Virus record (IMG/VR): IMGVR_UViG_3300014202_000755
Span: 1 to 28,401 of that record
Reading direction: 5' to 3' (one strand)
Source of the DNA: a virus
Lineage: Duplodnaviria; Caudoviricetes
DNA length: 28,401 nucleotides
The notes under the pieces are model-generated. The model was not told the origin of the DNA. It made no database searches and saw only the letters and a program-made list of their open reading frames with translations. The translations under genes were made by a program, and so were the position numbers. Positions 7,488-15,209 of the stretch are shown here, piece by piece; the stretch's first letter is position 1, and every line of letters begins with the position of its first letter.

Positions 7488-9889
7488 GCGGCCCTCGACA
7501 GCTCGCGCAGGGAATCGACGAGATCGCGCGCCGTCTCGCGCGAGGTGCGCACGCGGTGGTCGCGGCCGCCGATGGCCAGATTGACGGTGATCTCGTCGCC
7601 GCCGCCCGGAGAGGCGGAAGAAGGCGCGGAGGCCGACGGCAGCACCAGACCGCCGGCGGCGAAGCGCGGCAGGCGCATGGCGTTCAGCGCGAAGAGCTTC
7701 TCCAGGCCCCAGTGGCGCACCGCCTCCTTGCGCAGGATGAATTCGCCGGCCTCCAGCATTGCCGGGATGCGATCGCCGCCGCCGTATCCCGGCAGCTTGC
7801 CGCCGGTTGCATAACCCTTGATGCCGACCGGCCCGCCGGCGGCGCGTTCCTCGACGGTGCGGTGAACGGTGGTGATCTCGATGGTCTTGTTCTGGAGGGT
7901 GTCCAGCTCGGAGCGAATGCGGGCAATGTTCGCCATCGCCGCGTCGATCTTGGCGTCGATTTCGACGTTGCGCTTCTTCTTCTCCAGGGCGTCGAGGTCG
8001 GCCGCCAGCTTGGCCAGCTCGACCTTGAGGGTGCCGACCTTCTGCGCCGCGCCTTCGGCCGCGCGTTCGTTGGCCTGGCCGGCGGCCGTCGCGGCGGCGG
8101 CGGCCACCTGGCCGGCCTGTTCGACGATGCCAATGGCCGCGCCAGTATCTTTGATCCCGGAAGCGATGCCTTCGGCCGCCTGGGCGAACTTCTCCGCGCC
8201 GGCGGCGGCCTTCTCGGCGGCGCCGGCATCGCCGCGCGATGCGGCGGCTTGCGCCTCGGCGAGCATGCGGTTGGCGGCGGCGATCTTCTCCTGCGCCTGG
8301 GCGGCGAGGTCGGCCTGCTGCTGCTCCTCGCTCATGTCCTTGCGGCGCAGCTCGCGCACGCGGTCTGCGGTGGAGAGCCGGATGTCGGCGGCGCGAGCGT
8401 AGGCGGACTCGGCGGCCTGCTTGTAGCGGTCGAGATCTGCGATCGCCTTTTGCAGCTCGGCTTGCTTCGCCTGCTGCAGGCGCTGCAGCTCGCGGATCTG
8501 CGCGTCGACGATCTCCTTGGCGGTCTGTTTCTCCTTTTCGGCGCGGAGCTTGGCCAGCGCCTCCTTCGCATTATCCAGCGCTTCGAACTTTGCGTAGACG
8601 GCCCTGACGTGGTCCTGCGCGGCGACCAGCGACCTATCGAGGTCGGCCTCGGGCGCCGCCAGCGCGGCCAGCTTAAGCGCGCGCAGCTTCTCGGCGAGTT
8701 CCGGCAACCCGGCCTGGTTGGCCTTGTCGATCGCTTTGGCGAACTCGATGTGCGTGTTCGAGACAATAGCGAGGCGCTTGCTGTAGGCGTCGAGTTCGTC
8801 GCCGCCAGCGACCTTTCTGTAGAAAAGGCTCATGAGGTCGGAGCCGATCGAGAGGCCAGCGCCGAGAAGCGCCAGCGCGGCGGTGATATACCGCAGCGGG
8901 CCGGCAGCGACTGCGGCAGCGAGCGCGCCGAGAGTCGTGATGTTCTTGCCGAGCATAACGACTCGCGCGCCAACCGCCAGCAAGCCGGTAGTCGCAAGCA
9001 AATTCGCGGCGGTCGTAACCGTATCCATGTTCTTCGCCAGGTAATCGAGTCCCGCAGCGATTTTCCCGGTGGCGTTGTGCGTTTTGTCCCACTCGCTCAC
9101 CACCTGGGAGAAGGCGTTCTTCAGGCGCTGGCCGGCCTGCTCGACGGTGGGCGGCAATTGCGCCGCCTCTTCACGCAATTTGGCCAGCGCCTGCGGCAGC
9201 ACGCGCGCCATCACGTCGGCCGTGATCTCGCCGTCGGATGCCATCTTGCGCAGGGCGCCGATCGGCACGCCCATGCCGTCGGCCAGCGCCTTCATGAGGC
9301 GCGGCGCGGCCTCGTTGACGGCGTTGAACTCCTCGCCGCGCAGGACGCCGGAACCGAAGGCCTGGGAGAGCTGCAGGATGGCGGAGGCCGACTCGGCCGC
9401 GCTGGCGCCGGAGACCTTCAGCGCCAGCGCGGTGACCTCGGTGATCTCGGCGGTCTCGCGCTGGCTGACGCCGAGCGGCTTCAGGGCGGTGGCGAGCCGG
9501 CCGTAGAGGGTGCCGACATCCCGCATGCCCTGGCCGGTGTCATCGGCGATGCGGCGCACGTCCTGCATGGCGACGCGGAAGCTCGCCGCGCCGTCGGTGG
9601 CGAGCTTGAGCCGGCCTTCGAGCTGCTTCATGGCGTCGGCCTGGGCGATCAACTGCTTCGCCAGGTCGATGCCCTTCCAGATGCCGACGTAGCCGAGGGC
9701 GAGGCCTTTCAGGCGTTCGAGATGGGCGCCGGTCGACTCGGTGCCCTCGCGCATCGAGCGGCTGGTCTTGCCGATCTCGCCGCGCGCCGCCTCCTGGGCG
9801 GCGGCGAAGTCGCGGCGGAACTGCTCGACGCCGGCCTTGGCCTTGCCGCCGAGCAGCTCGATGATTACGGAAACCTTGAGATCGGCCAT
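7484..9889 (-). CDS. Tail tape measure protein, 801 aa
   Basis: Tape-measure N-terminal domain (LSQAFGSGVLRGEEFNAVNEAAPRL), long Ala/Gln/Lys helical body, and a C-terminal YATGG...GDRIPAMLEAGEFILRKEAV motif. Confidence 0.95.
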   Translation of the reverse strand: MADLKVSVIIELLGGKAKAGVEQFRRDFAAAQEAARGEIGKTSRSMREGTESTGAHLERLKGLALGYVGIWKGIDLAKQLIAQADAMKQLEGRLKLATDGAASFRVAMQDVRRIADDTGQGMRDVGTLYGRLATALKPLGVSQRETAEITEVTALALKVSGASAAESASAILQLSQAFGSGVLRGEEFNAVNEAAPRLMKALADGMGVPIGALRKMASDGEITADVMARVLPQALAKLREEAAQLPPTVEQAGQRLKNAFSQVVSEWDKTHNATGKIAAGLDYLAKNMDTVTTAANLLATTGLLAVGARVVMLGKNITTLGALAAAVAAGPLRYITAALALLGAGLSIGSDLMSLFYRKVAGGDELDAYSKRLAIVSNTHIEFAKAIDKANQAGLPELAEKLRALKLAALAAPEADLDRSLVAAQDHVRAVYAKFEALDNAKEALAKLRAEKEKQTAKEIVDAQIRELQRLQQAKQAELQKAIADLDRYKQAAESAYARAADIRLSTADRVRELRRKDMSEEQQQADLAAQAQEKIAAANRMLAEAQAAASRGDAGAAEKAAAGAEKFAQAAEGIASGIKDTGAAIGIVEQAGQVAAAAATAAGQANERAAEGAAQKVGTLKVELAKLAADLDALEKKKRNVEIDAKIDAAMANIARIRSELDTLQNKTIEITTVHRTVEERAAGGPVGIKGYATGGKLPGYGGGDRIPAMLEAGEFILRKEAVRHWGLEKLFALNAMRLPRFAAGGLVLPSASAPSSASPGGGDEITVNLAIGGRDHRVRTSRETARDLVDSLRELSRAA

Positions 9890-9898
9890 GAGAGACGC

Positions 9899-10096
9899 TT
9901 ACCTTTTCCTAGCCATCTTCTGCGCGGCCTGGAAGACCCGCCAGGGGTAGTCCCACACCATCGCATGGCCGCGCTCGATGAGGACGAGCGCGGCCTGTTC
10001 CAGGGCCTTCAGTCCGCGTTCTGCGGCGGGAGATCCTGCTCTGCTGCCAGCACCATCTCTCCCAGCCGCTCCAGCCGACTCCGCATCGAAAAAAAA
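9899..10096 (-). CDS. -1 frameshift extension of the tail assembly chaperone (GT-like product)
   Basis: The -1 frame from the T8 run is open to TAA at 9899-9901: FDAESAGAAG...LKALEQAALVLIERGHAMVWDYPWRVFQAAQKMARKR. It fills the gap before the tape measure ATG. Confidence 0.7.
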   Translation of the reverse strand, partial: FFFDAESAGAAGRDGAGSRAGSPAAERGLKALEQAALVLIERGHAMVWDYPWRVFQAAQKMARKR

Positions 10097-10353
10097 TCCC
10101 GGTTCACCGCCTTTACCGATTCGCGCAGCGCCGCCAGCTCGGAAGGCGCGGCCGCGGCGATCTCGTCGGCGGTGATGTCGGTCATGCGCAGGAGGTCGGC
10201 CAGCGTGACCTCTTCGAAGAGGGCCACGCTCACCACATCGCCATCGGATGCGCCGGCCGAGGCATCGGCCAGCCAGACGCGGATCTCGCCGACGGTGAGT
10301 TCCTTCACCGTTACATCGCGGCCGAAGGCGGGGATGGTTTTAACGACTTTCAT
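10009..10353 (-). CDS. Tail assembly chaperone, 114 aa
   Basis: Lies between tail tube and tape measure. VTVKELTVGEIR...VNRDFF with slippery GAT TTT TTT TCG. Confidence 0.85.
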   Translation of the reverse strand: MKVVKTIPAFGRDVTVKELTVGEIRVWLADASAGASDGDVVSVALFEEVTLADLLRMTDITADEIAAAAPSELAALRESVKAVNRDFFSMRSRLERLGEMVLAAEQDLPPQNAD

Positions 10354-11087
10354 CAGCTCGCCATCCGCGCCTTGAAGTATTGCGACAGGCCGGTGCCGGT
10401 GATCGTCTCGTCCTTGAGCACGTCGGCCTCGATCTCCAGGGTGGCGAAGTCGTCGCCGATCAGGCTCCAGCCCTTGGTGGCGCCCGGCTTGACGCGGAAG
10501 GCTTCCACCAGCATGGGCTTGCCGTTGGCCTCGTTGACGCCGTCGAAGACCAGGCGCACTTCCTCGCCGACGTTGGTCAGCGCCTCGACCTTGACGGCGG
10601 CGAGCGCGGTGTAGTCGACCTTGATGGTCGAGTCGTCGACGATGGTCGAGCCGGCGGGGATCTCCAGGCCGGCGCGGCGCACGATGTAATCGGTGCCGAC
10701 CGTATAGGTGGTGGTGCCGGCGTTGTCCGTCACGACGTAGGCAATGGCGGTGTCCGGCGTCTTGTCGAAAACCACCAGGCCGCCGACCTGCACGTTGGCG
10801 TGCGCCTCGTCGGTCTGCGCGCCGCCGGCGACGACGGCGGAAGCGCCGCGCAGCGCTGTCGCCAGGTTCTCGGCCGAGAGCTTGTGCACCGAGAGGGCGA
10901 GCTTGACGCTCTTGATGCGCGTGACCGAATCGGCGACGCCGCCGCCGGGGTTCTCGTAGTCCATCAGCTCCTTTTTTTCCTCCTCGATGGCGAAGTCGAG
11001 CTTGGAGGTATTGCCGATCTTCAAGAGCGGATCGCCGGCCTTGGCGAGGTAAACGCTGCCTTTTCCGATGTAGCTTTGCGTGGTCAT
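10353..11087 (-). CDS. Major tail tube protein, 244 aa
   Basis: SYIGKGSVYL...IGN...EEEKKEL...LIGDDFATLEIEADVLKD tube-like pattern; AAGGAG SD; first gene after a late promoter motif. Confidence 0.88.
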   Translation of the reverse strand: MTTQSYIGKGSVYLAKAGDPLLKIGNTSKLDFAIEEEKKELMDYENPGGGVADSVTRIKSVKLALSVHKLSAENLATALRGASAVVAGGAQTDEAHANVQVGGLVVFDKTPDTAIAYVVTDNAGTTTYTVGTDYIVRRAGLEIPAGSTIVDDSTIKVDYTALAAVKVEALTNVGEEVRLVFDGVNEANGKPMLVEAFRVKPGATKGWSLIGDDFATLEIEADVLKDETITGTGLSQYFKARMAS

Positions 11088-11133
11088 GTCAGTGGGCTCC
11101 TTGGTGAGTGGGAGTTCGGGCTATCGTGGCGCC

Positions 11134-11182
11134 AGACTACGCGCGCGCGCGGGCGGGGCGCAGGGGGATGCGGGTCGGGGGT
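11134..11182 (-). promoter_or_regulatory. Late promoter copy 1 (tail operon)
   Basis: ACCCCCGACCCgcaTCCCCCTG-N21-TAGTCT; same motif and spacing as at 17817 and 27515. Confidence 0.85.
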
Positions 11183-11466
11183 CAGCCTTCATGCCCCGCC
11201 CCGTAGAAACAGTGGATCAGCTCGTGACCGAGAATCTGCAGCGCGCCCTCGTCGTTCCAGTCGACAGGCTCCGGCGAGCGAATGGTGCAGGCGTCGCGCC
11301 CGCCTTCCTTGAAGCGCGCGCAGGCCGCAGCGCCCCCGCAGCCGGCGGCGGAGCGAATCCATGTCACCTCGACGGTGCGGGCGCTGAATGTCTTGATGAT
11401 GGGCGCGGGCGGCAACGAGGCGCAGCCGGTCAAGACCAGGCAGCAGAGGCAGGCAAGCGCGCGCAC
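11182..11466 (-). CDS. Small lipoprotein with HExxH zinc-peptidase motif, 94 aa
   Basis: GTG at 11466 two bases after the upstream stop. VRALACLCCLVLTG-C is a lipobox, and the C-terminus reads ILGHELIHCF. Confidence 0.75.
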   Translation of the reverse strand: MRALACLCCLVLTGCASLPPAPIIKTFSARTVEVTWIRSAAGCGGAAACARFKEGGRDACTIRSPEPVDWNDEGALQILGHELIHCFYGAGHEG

Positions 11467-11468
11467 GG

Positions 11469-12209
11469 TTACGGCACGGCGGACAGGAGAAGGAAGCCGG
11501 TCGCACCGCTGGCGCTGGCGCTGTTGGTATGGCTCCACGCGGGGGCAACGCTGCCGCTGCCGGCCGTCACGGGGATCGTGTCGATCACGCTGCGATGATC
11601 GCGGCCGGAGACCACGGCGTAGCTCTGCCTGTTCTCTCTTGTCCCGAAAGTAATGCCGGAGGCACTCACGTTCTGCGCAGACTGCGTCGCGGTATCGGTG
11701 TTTTGCGCCGTGAAAACACAGAGAAGCTGGCCGGCCTGAAATGTCAGCGCATCCCCTCCTGTCACGGACCAGCTTGTGCCGCGCGTGTCGTCGCTCCCCG
11801 CGCTCCACTGATGCCCGACCGAAAATCCCGCAGTCACTTCAAAACGCGCTATGACGCTGCTGTATGTCCCGCTATTGGCGTAGTTGCAGGTGATGGTTCC
11901 GGACTCACTTCCGGTGACGGTGTCTTTCCGGAATACAAGAACTCCGCGCGGCCCCAAGTCATTTGTTCCATAAGAGCCGCCGCCGCCAATAAACGAACCG
12001 ACTTTTGTCCACCCGCTTGGAGGGGAGGGCTCCGCATTTCCTATATTCGCAAATACCTGGAAACAGAAAAGCTCCGACGCGGATGTGATACCGGAGGGGT
12101 AGCTCGGCGTCGTTGTGGTGGTCGATTCAGACGGAGTGCCGAGAGCGCCAAAACTGACACTGCCGGCAATCGCGGCAACGGCCGACGCAAGAATGCCGAA
12201 GCGCATCAT
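11469..12209 (-). CDS. Fibre tip/adhesin-like virion protein, 246 aa
   Basis: ATGA-coupled start MMRFGILAS; S/T/G-rich beta composition (PPSGWTKV); lower GC than neighbours. Confidence 0.7.
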   Translation of the reverse strand: MMRFGILASAVAAIAGSVSFGALGTPSESTTTTTPSYPSGITSASELFCFQVFANIGNAEPSPPSGWTKVGSFIGGGGSYGTNDLGPRGVLVFRKDTVTGSESGTITCNYANSGTYSSVIARFEVTAGFSVGHQWSAGSDDTRGTSWSVTGGDALTFQAGQLLCVFTAQNTDTATQSAQNVSASGITFGTRENRQSYAVVSGRDHRSVIDTIPVTAGSGSVAPAWSHTNSASASGATGFLLLSAVP

Positions 12210-12571
12210 GCCGCGAGGTCTCCGACGATCAACCACTCGTCGGTGGCGATCTTGATTGCCGTCGCACCGCTGTACTGCGCGCGGAGTTTTGTTCCCGGTG
12301 TGGCGCGCAACGTCACGCCCGATCCGGGCGCAAACGTCACCTGTCCTGCGCCAAGCTGCGCGAAGTCAACCGACTTCCCGACCGAAATCCCCACGCCGCT
12401 GTTCGGCGGGATCGTGACGGTAATCGCGGCGGCGTTGTTCAGTGTGACCAGGGTGCGCGGCACGGCATCGCTCGCGGCGACGGTGTAGGTAGTGCCCGTC
12501 TGCACGTTGATTGGCTGGTTTTCAGCCAATCCTGCGAGGTGCTCGACGACGGAAAGCTGCTTGCGTGACAC
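12206..12571 (-). CDS. Fibre-associated protein, 121 aa
   Basis: INVQTGTTYT...LNNAAAITVTIP...QLGAGQVT...LRAQYSGATAIKIATDEWLIVGDL, a module I recognise from phage fibre proteins. Confidence 0.75.
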   Translation of the reverse strand: MSRKQLSVVEHLAGLAENQPINVQTGTTYTVAASDAVPRTLVTLNNAAAITVTIPPNSGVGISVGKSVDFAQLGAGQVTFAPGSGVTLRATPGTKLRAQYSGATAIKIATDEWLIVGDLAA

Positions 12572-12575
12572 AGCT

Positions 12576-13367
12576 TTACGCCATCACCACGACGCGATAG
12601 GCGTTGCTCGCCGGCGCCGCCGCGAAATTCAGGCGGGCAGTGTTCGTGTTCGGCAGGCTCACGTCGCAATTGACCTGCTCGTAGTTGCCGCTATTCTGGT
12701 AGACCTGCACGATCACGTCGCGGGTATTGAAGTTGTGCGTCACATCGATCTGCGTGGCGCTGCCGTCGCCGATGGTGCCCTGCGCGCGCCTGGTGCGGCC
12801 GCTCCAGGTCGCCAGCTTGAGCGGGGTGACGATGCGGGCGTCGTCCGTGCCGGCGTCCGTCTCGGCCTGCGTGGCCAGCTCGGCGATGCCGGCGGAAGTT
12901 TCCGAGGCCGCGCCAGCGCCCGTGCCGAACGGCGTCCACGCCACGGCGCCGCTATCGAGCGTGAAGTTCACCGAGGTCTGGCGCCAGGAGGTGCCGGCGC
13001 TGGTGCCTTCCTCGACTACCGTGACGGCGGCCTCCAGTTCGGCGGCCGTCGAGCAGTCGGGCGCGCGCGTCATCGGCACGGCATCGCCGTTCCAGACGTA
13101 GATGCCGTTCTCGCTGGTGGTGGTCTGCGCCTTCACCAGCACGCGGTCGCCGCTCGCCATCGTGATGGCGTCGATGGCGGCGCCGGGGCTGGCCAGCGTG
13201 ACGTTCACCTGCGATGCGACGCGGCAGGAGTCCTTCCACGCCACGCCCTCGATGGCGCTGTTGAGGTCGGCCAGGCGCACCGGCTCGTCGGACGCCACCG
13301 GCGTCGGCAGGTTGCGGATGCGCGCTACGCTGTTGAAATCCAGATCCGAAAGCTGCTTGCGGCTCAT
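12576..13367 (-). CDS. Phage fibre protein (COG5301-like), 263 aa
   Basis: WKDSCRVAS...GDRVLVKAQTTTSENGIYV and ASETSAGIAELATQAETDAGTDD fibre motifs; AGGAG SD. Confidence 0.8.
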   Translation of the reverse strand: MSRKQLSDLDFNSVARIRNLPTPVASDEPVRLADLNSAIEGVAWKDSCRVASQVNVTLASPGAAIDAITMASGDRVLVKAQTTTSENGIYVWNGDAVPMTRAPDCSTAAELEAAVTVVEEGTSAGTSWRQTSVNFTLDSGAVAWTPFGTGAGAASETSAGIAELATQAETDAGTDDARIVTPLKLATWSGRTRRAQGTIGDGSATQIDVTHNFNTRDVIVQVYQNSGNYEQVNCDVSLPNTNTARLNFAAAPASNAYRVVVMA

Positions 13368-13380
13368 GGTGATGCTCCTC

Positions 13381-13695
13381 TCAGGTCAGCCGGGCGAAGC
13401 CGGCGGTCGGGGTGACGAAATAGATGCGAAGCTGATTCACGCTCATGTGCAGGACGGCGGCGTCCAGCTCGTTGCCGCCGGTGTCGATGACGGCCACGGC
13501 CGGCCGCACGCCGAGGTTGTGGTTGACGATCCACTCCGCCTCGGCGGAAGGCTGCGAGTGCACGAAGCCGGCGCCGGGGCTGCCGGGGATGCCGGGCGGG
13601 CCCTGGAAGCCGACGGAGATCTCGACCGGCTCGGGCGGCTCGACCGTGACGGTTTCGACTTCCACTTCATGAATGACGAGCACCTCATGCGTCAT
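13381..13695 (-). CDS. Fibre-associated protein with short collagen-like stretch, 104 aa
   Basis: GFQGPPGIPGSPGAG (Gly-X-Y) followed by a WIVNHNLG..P.V.V.D..G domain. Confidence 0.78.
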   Translation of the reverse strand: MTHEVLVIHEVEVETVTVEPPEPVEISVGFQGPPGIPGSPGAGFVHSQPSAEAEWIVNHNLGVRPAVAVIDTGGNELDAAVLHMSVNQLRIYFVTPTAGFARLT

Positions 13696-14026
13696 GCGCC
13701 CTGTCCTCGGTGACGATCAGGACGTTCTGCTCGTAGGTTTTACGGCTGCCTGAAGCGTAAGTGAGCTCGTAATCGAACTTGTAGCTGCCCGGCGCGACCG
13801 CGGTGACCTCCTTCGGCATGACCATGACGGCGGTGCCGGCGACGCCGCCGAGCACGATGCGGGTGTTGTCGGTCGAGGCTTCCATGACCAGGTTGCCGTC
13901 GGCGTCGCGCACATGCAGGCGCGCCGAGGCGCCGGTGAGGTCGATCGGGGTACCGTCGGGAGCCTTATGCGTCCATTCGCGATCCCATGTATCGCCGGCA
14001 ACGATTTTCACTTGTTTAACGGCCAT
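13685..14026 (-). CDS. Fibre base/adaptor-like protein (BppU-N-like), 113 aa
   Basis: ATG at 14026 (TGATG overlap); GDTW...GTPIDLTGASARLHVR...GSYKFDYEL pattern. Confidence 0.72.
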   Translation of the reverse strand: MAVKQVKIVAGDTWDREWTHKAPDGTPIDLTGASARLHVRDADGNLVMEASTDNTRIVLGGVAGTAVMVMPKEVTAVAPGSYKFDYELTYASGSRKTYEQNVLIVTEDRAHDA

Positions 14027-14463
14027 CAATCCTCCTCGACGCCGGTGAATGCGGCGCGCGTGGTCACGGCCACCGGCAGCAGATACAGGCCGCGCTCGCG
14101 GTCCCACAGCGGGCCGCCGGGATCGGCGGCCTTGCAGGGGGTGCAACCTGTCGCGGGCCGCCAGCCGACCAGCCCCTGGAGCAGCGTGGCGGCGATGGCC
14201 AGGGCGGATTGGCGCACGGCACGCACGCCGTCGCGCTGGCGGGCTGTGGAGACGGCGACGGCGACGATCCAGCGCGATTCGAGCAGGCCGTCGGCGCCGG
14301 CGCCGTCGGCGACCTTGTAGCCGTCGTAGGCGACGGCGAGCGCCGGCGTGGCGGGCTTGTCCTTGGCTTCCATGAGGTCGCCCAGGGAGACGATGCGATC
14401 GCCGACCTCGGGCACCAGCGTCTTGACGCGCTCGACCAGGGCGGCTTCGACCACGTCAAACAT
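14026..14463 (-). CDS. Mu gp37-like tail terminator/completion protein
   Basis: 145 aa, directly after the gp36-like gene; VEAALVERVK...PALAVAYDG...LVGWRP pattern. Confidence 0.75.
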   Translation of the reverse strand: MFDVVEAALVERVKTLVPEVGDRIVSLGDLMEAKDKPATPALAVAYDGYKVADGAGADGLLESRWIVAVAVSTARQRDGVRAVRQSALAIAATLLQGLVGWRPATGCTPCKAADPGGPLWDRERGLYLLPVAVTTRAAFTGVEED

Positions 14464-14464
14464 G

Positions 14465-14505
14465 CCCTCTCCCCCAACCCCTCTCCCGCAAGCGGGAGAG
14501 GGGGG
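14465..14505 (+). repeat. REP-like palindromic element CCCTCTCCCCCAACCCCTCTCCCGCAAGCGGGAGAGGGG
   Basis: Perfect inverted repeat CCCCTCTCCCGC (14478-14489)/GCGGGAGAGGGG (14492-14503) with a C-rich leader. Resembles a widespread bacterial intergenic repeat type. Confidence 0.75.
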
Positions 14506-14529
14506 CGTCGCGGCGGCACAGGGTATCCA

Positions 14530-14946
14530 TCAGTAGCTTTCGAAATCCGCGTTGCGGTCGCGGGTGCGCACGGCGCTGCCGCCGAGGCCCGTGGCGGGGC
14601 TGCCGGCCGGCGGCAGGGGCAGGGCCATGAGGCCGTCGCCGATGGCCTTGAGCTGCTTCATGGCGGCGTCGTAGCGGCCCTGCACCACCTCCGGCATGGC
14701 CGAGGTGTAGAGGGCGTGGCGGGCGAGGTCGCGGGCGATGCCGGCGAGCAGCGGCGGCACGCTGGGCAGCGGCAGGGCGTAGCGGCCCGCCAGGTAGCCG
14801 TCGATGACGGCGCCGGCGCGATCCAGCGCGCCCTGGGCGACGGCCTGGTCGATGACGCCGATGGGTGGCTCGAAACGATCGGTGAGCTCGATCACCTCGC
14901 GCTCACCGAATTCCGCCACCAGGTCGGCGACCGTGGCGTAGGCCAT
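14530..14946 (-). CDS. Mu gp36-like (DUF1320) head-tail adaptor
   Basis: MAYATVADLVAEFGEREVIELTDR...IDGYLAGRYALPL...RYDAAMKQLKAI signature. Confidence 0.92.
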   Translation of the reverse strand: MAYATVADLVAEFGEREVIELTDRFEPPIGVIDQAVAQGALDRAGAVIDGYLAGRYALPLPSVPPLLAGIARDLARHALYTSAMPEVVQGRYDAAMKQLKAIGDGLMALPLPPAGSPATGLGGSAVRTRDRNADFESY

Positions 14947-14949
14947 GCC

Positions 14950-15123
14950 TTACTCGGCGGCGCCGGAGGCGATGAGCGGCTCGGCCTGGGCGACGGTCAT
15001 GACGATCTCCTCGCTCTCCGCGTAGTCCACGCCGTTGTGGCGGATCGGCGTCTTCGCCCTGACCGTGACCTCGTCGGTTTTCTTCGCCCTGGGCTTCTCT
15101 TCCTTGCTTTCCTTGCCTGCCAT
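14950..15123 (-). CDS. Small head-associated protein, 57 aa (gp35 position)
   Basis: Below the ORF-track cutoff. MAGKESKEEK...PIRHNGVDYAESEEIVMTVAQAEPLIASGAAE; AGGAGG SD. Confidence 0.8.
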   Translation of the reverse strand: MAGKESKEEKPRAKKTDEVTVRAKTPIRHNGVDYAESEEIVMTVAQAEPLIASGAAE

Positions 15124-15144
15124 GATGGCCTCCTGTTCGATCGT

Positions 15145-15182
15145 AAAAAGCGGGCCGGCGTGTCGTTACCGATGCCGGCCCG
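15145..15182 (-). terminator. Intrinsic terminator after the major capsid gene
   Basis: CGGGCCGGC...GCCGGCCCG 9-bp stem followed by CTTTTT on the minus strand. Confidence 0.75.
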
Positions 15183-15209
15183 AAACCCCTCTGGAGATGC
15201 GTCGACCGT

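Noticed and set aside
5949-7814. 621-aa + strand ORF opposite the 753-aa orphan
   Set aside because: The minus-strand ORF is coupled to both neighbours and has protein-like composition; the + frame reads as typical antisense.
7358-10375. 1005-aa + strand ORF
   Set aside because: Antisense shadow of the tape measure and chaperone genes in GC-rich DNA; no motifs or RBS.
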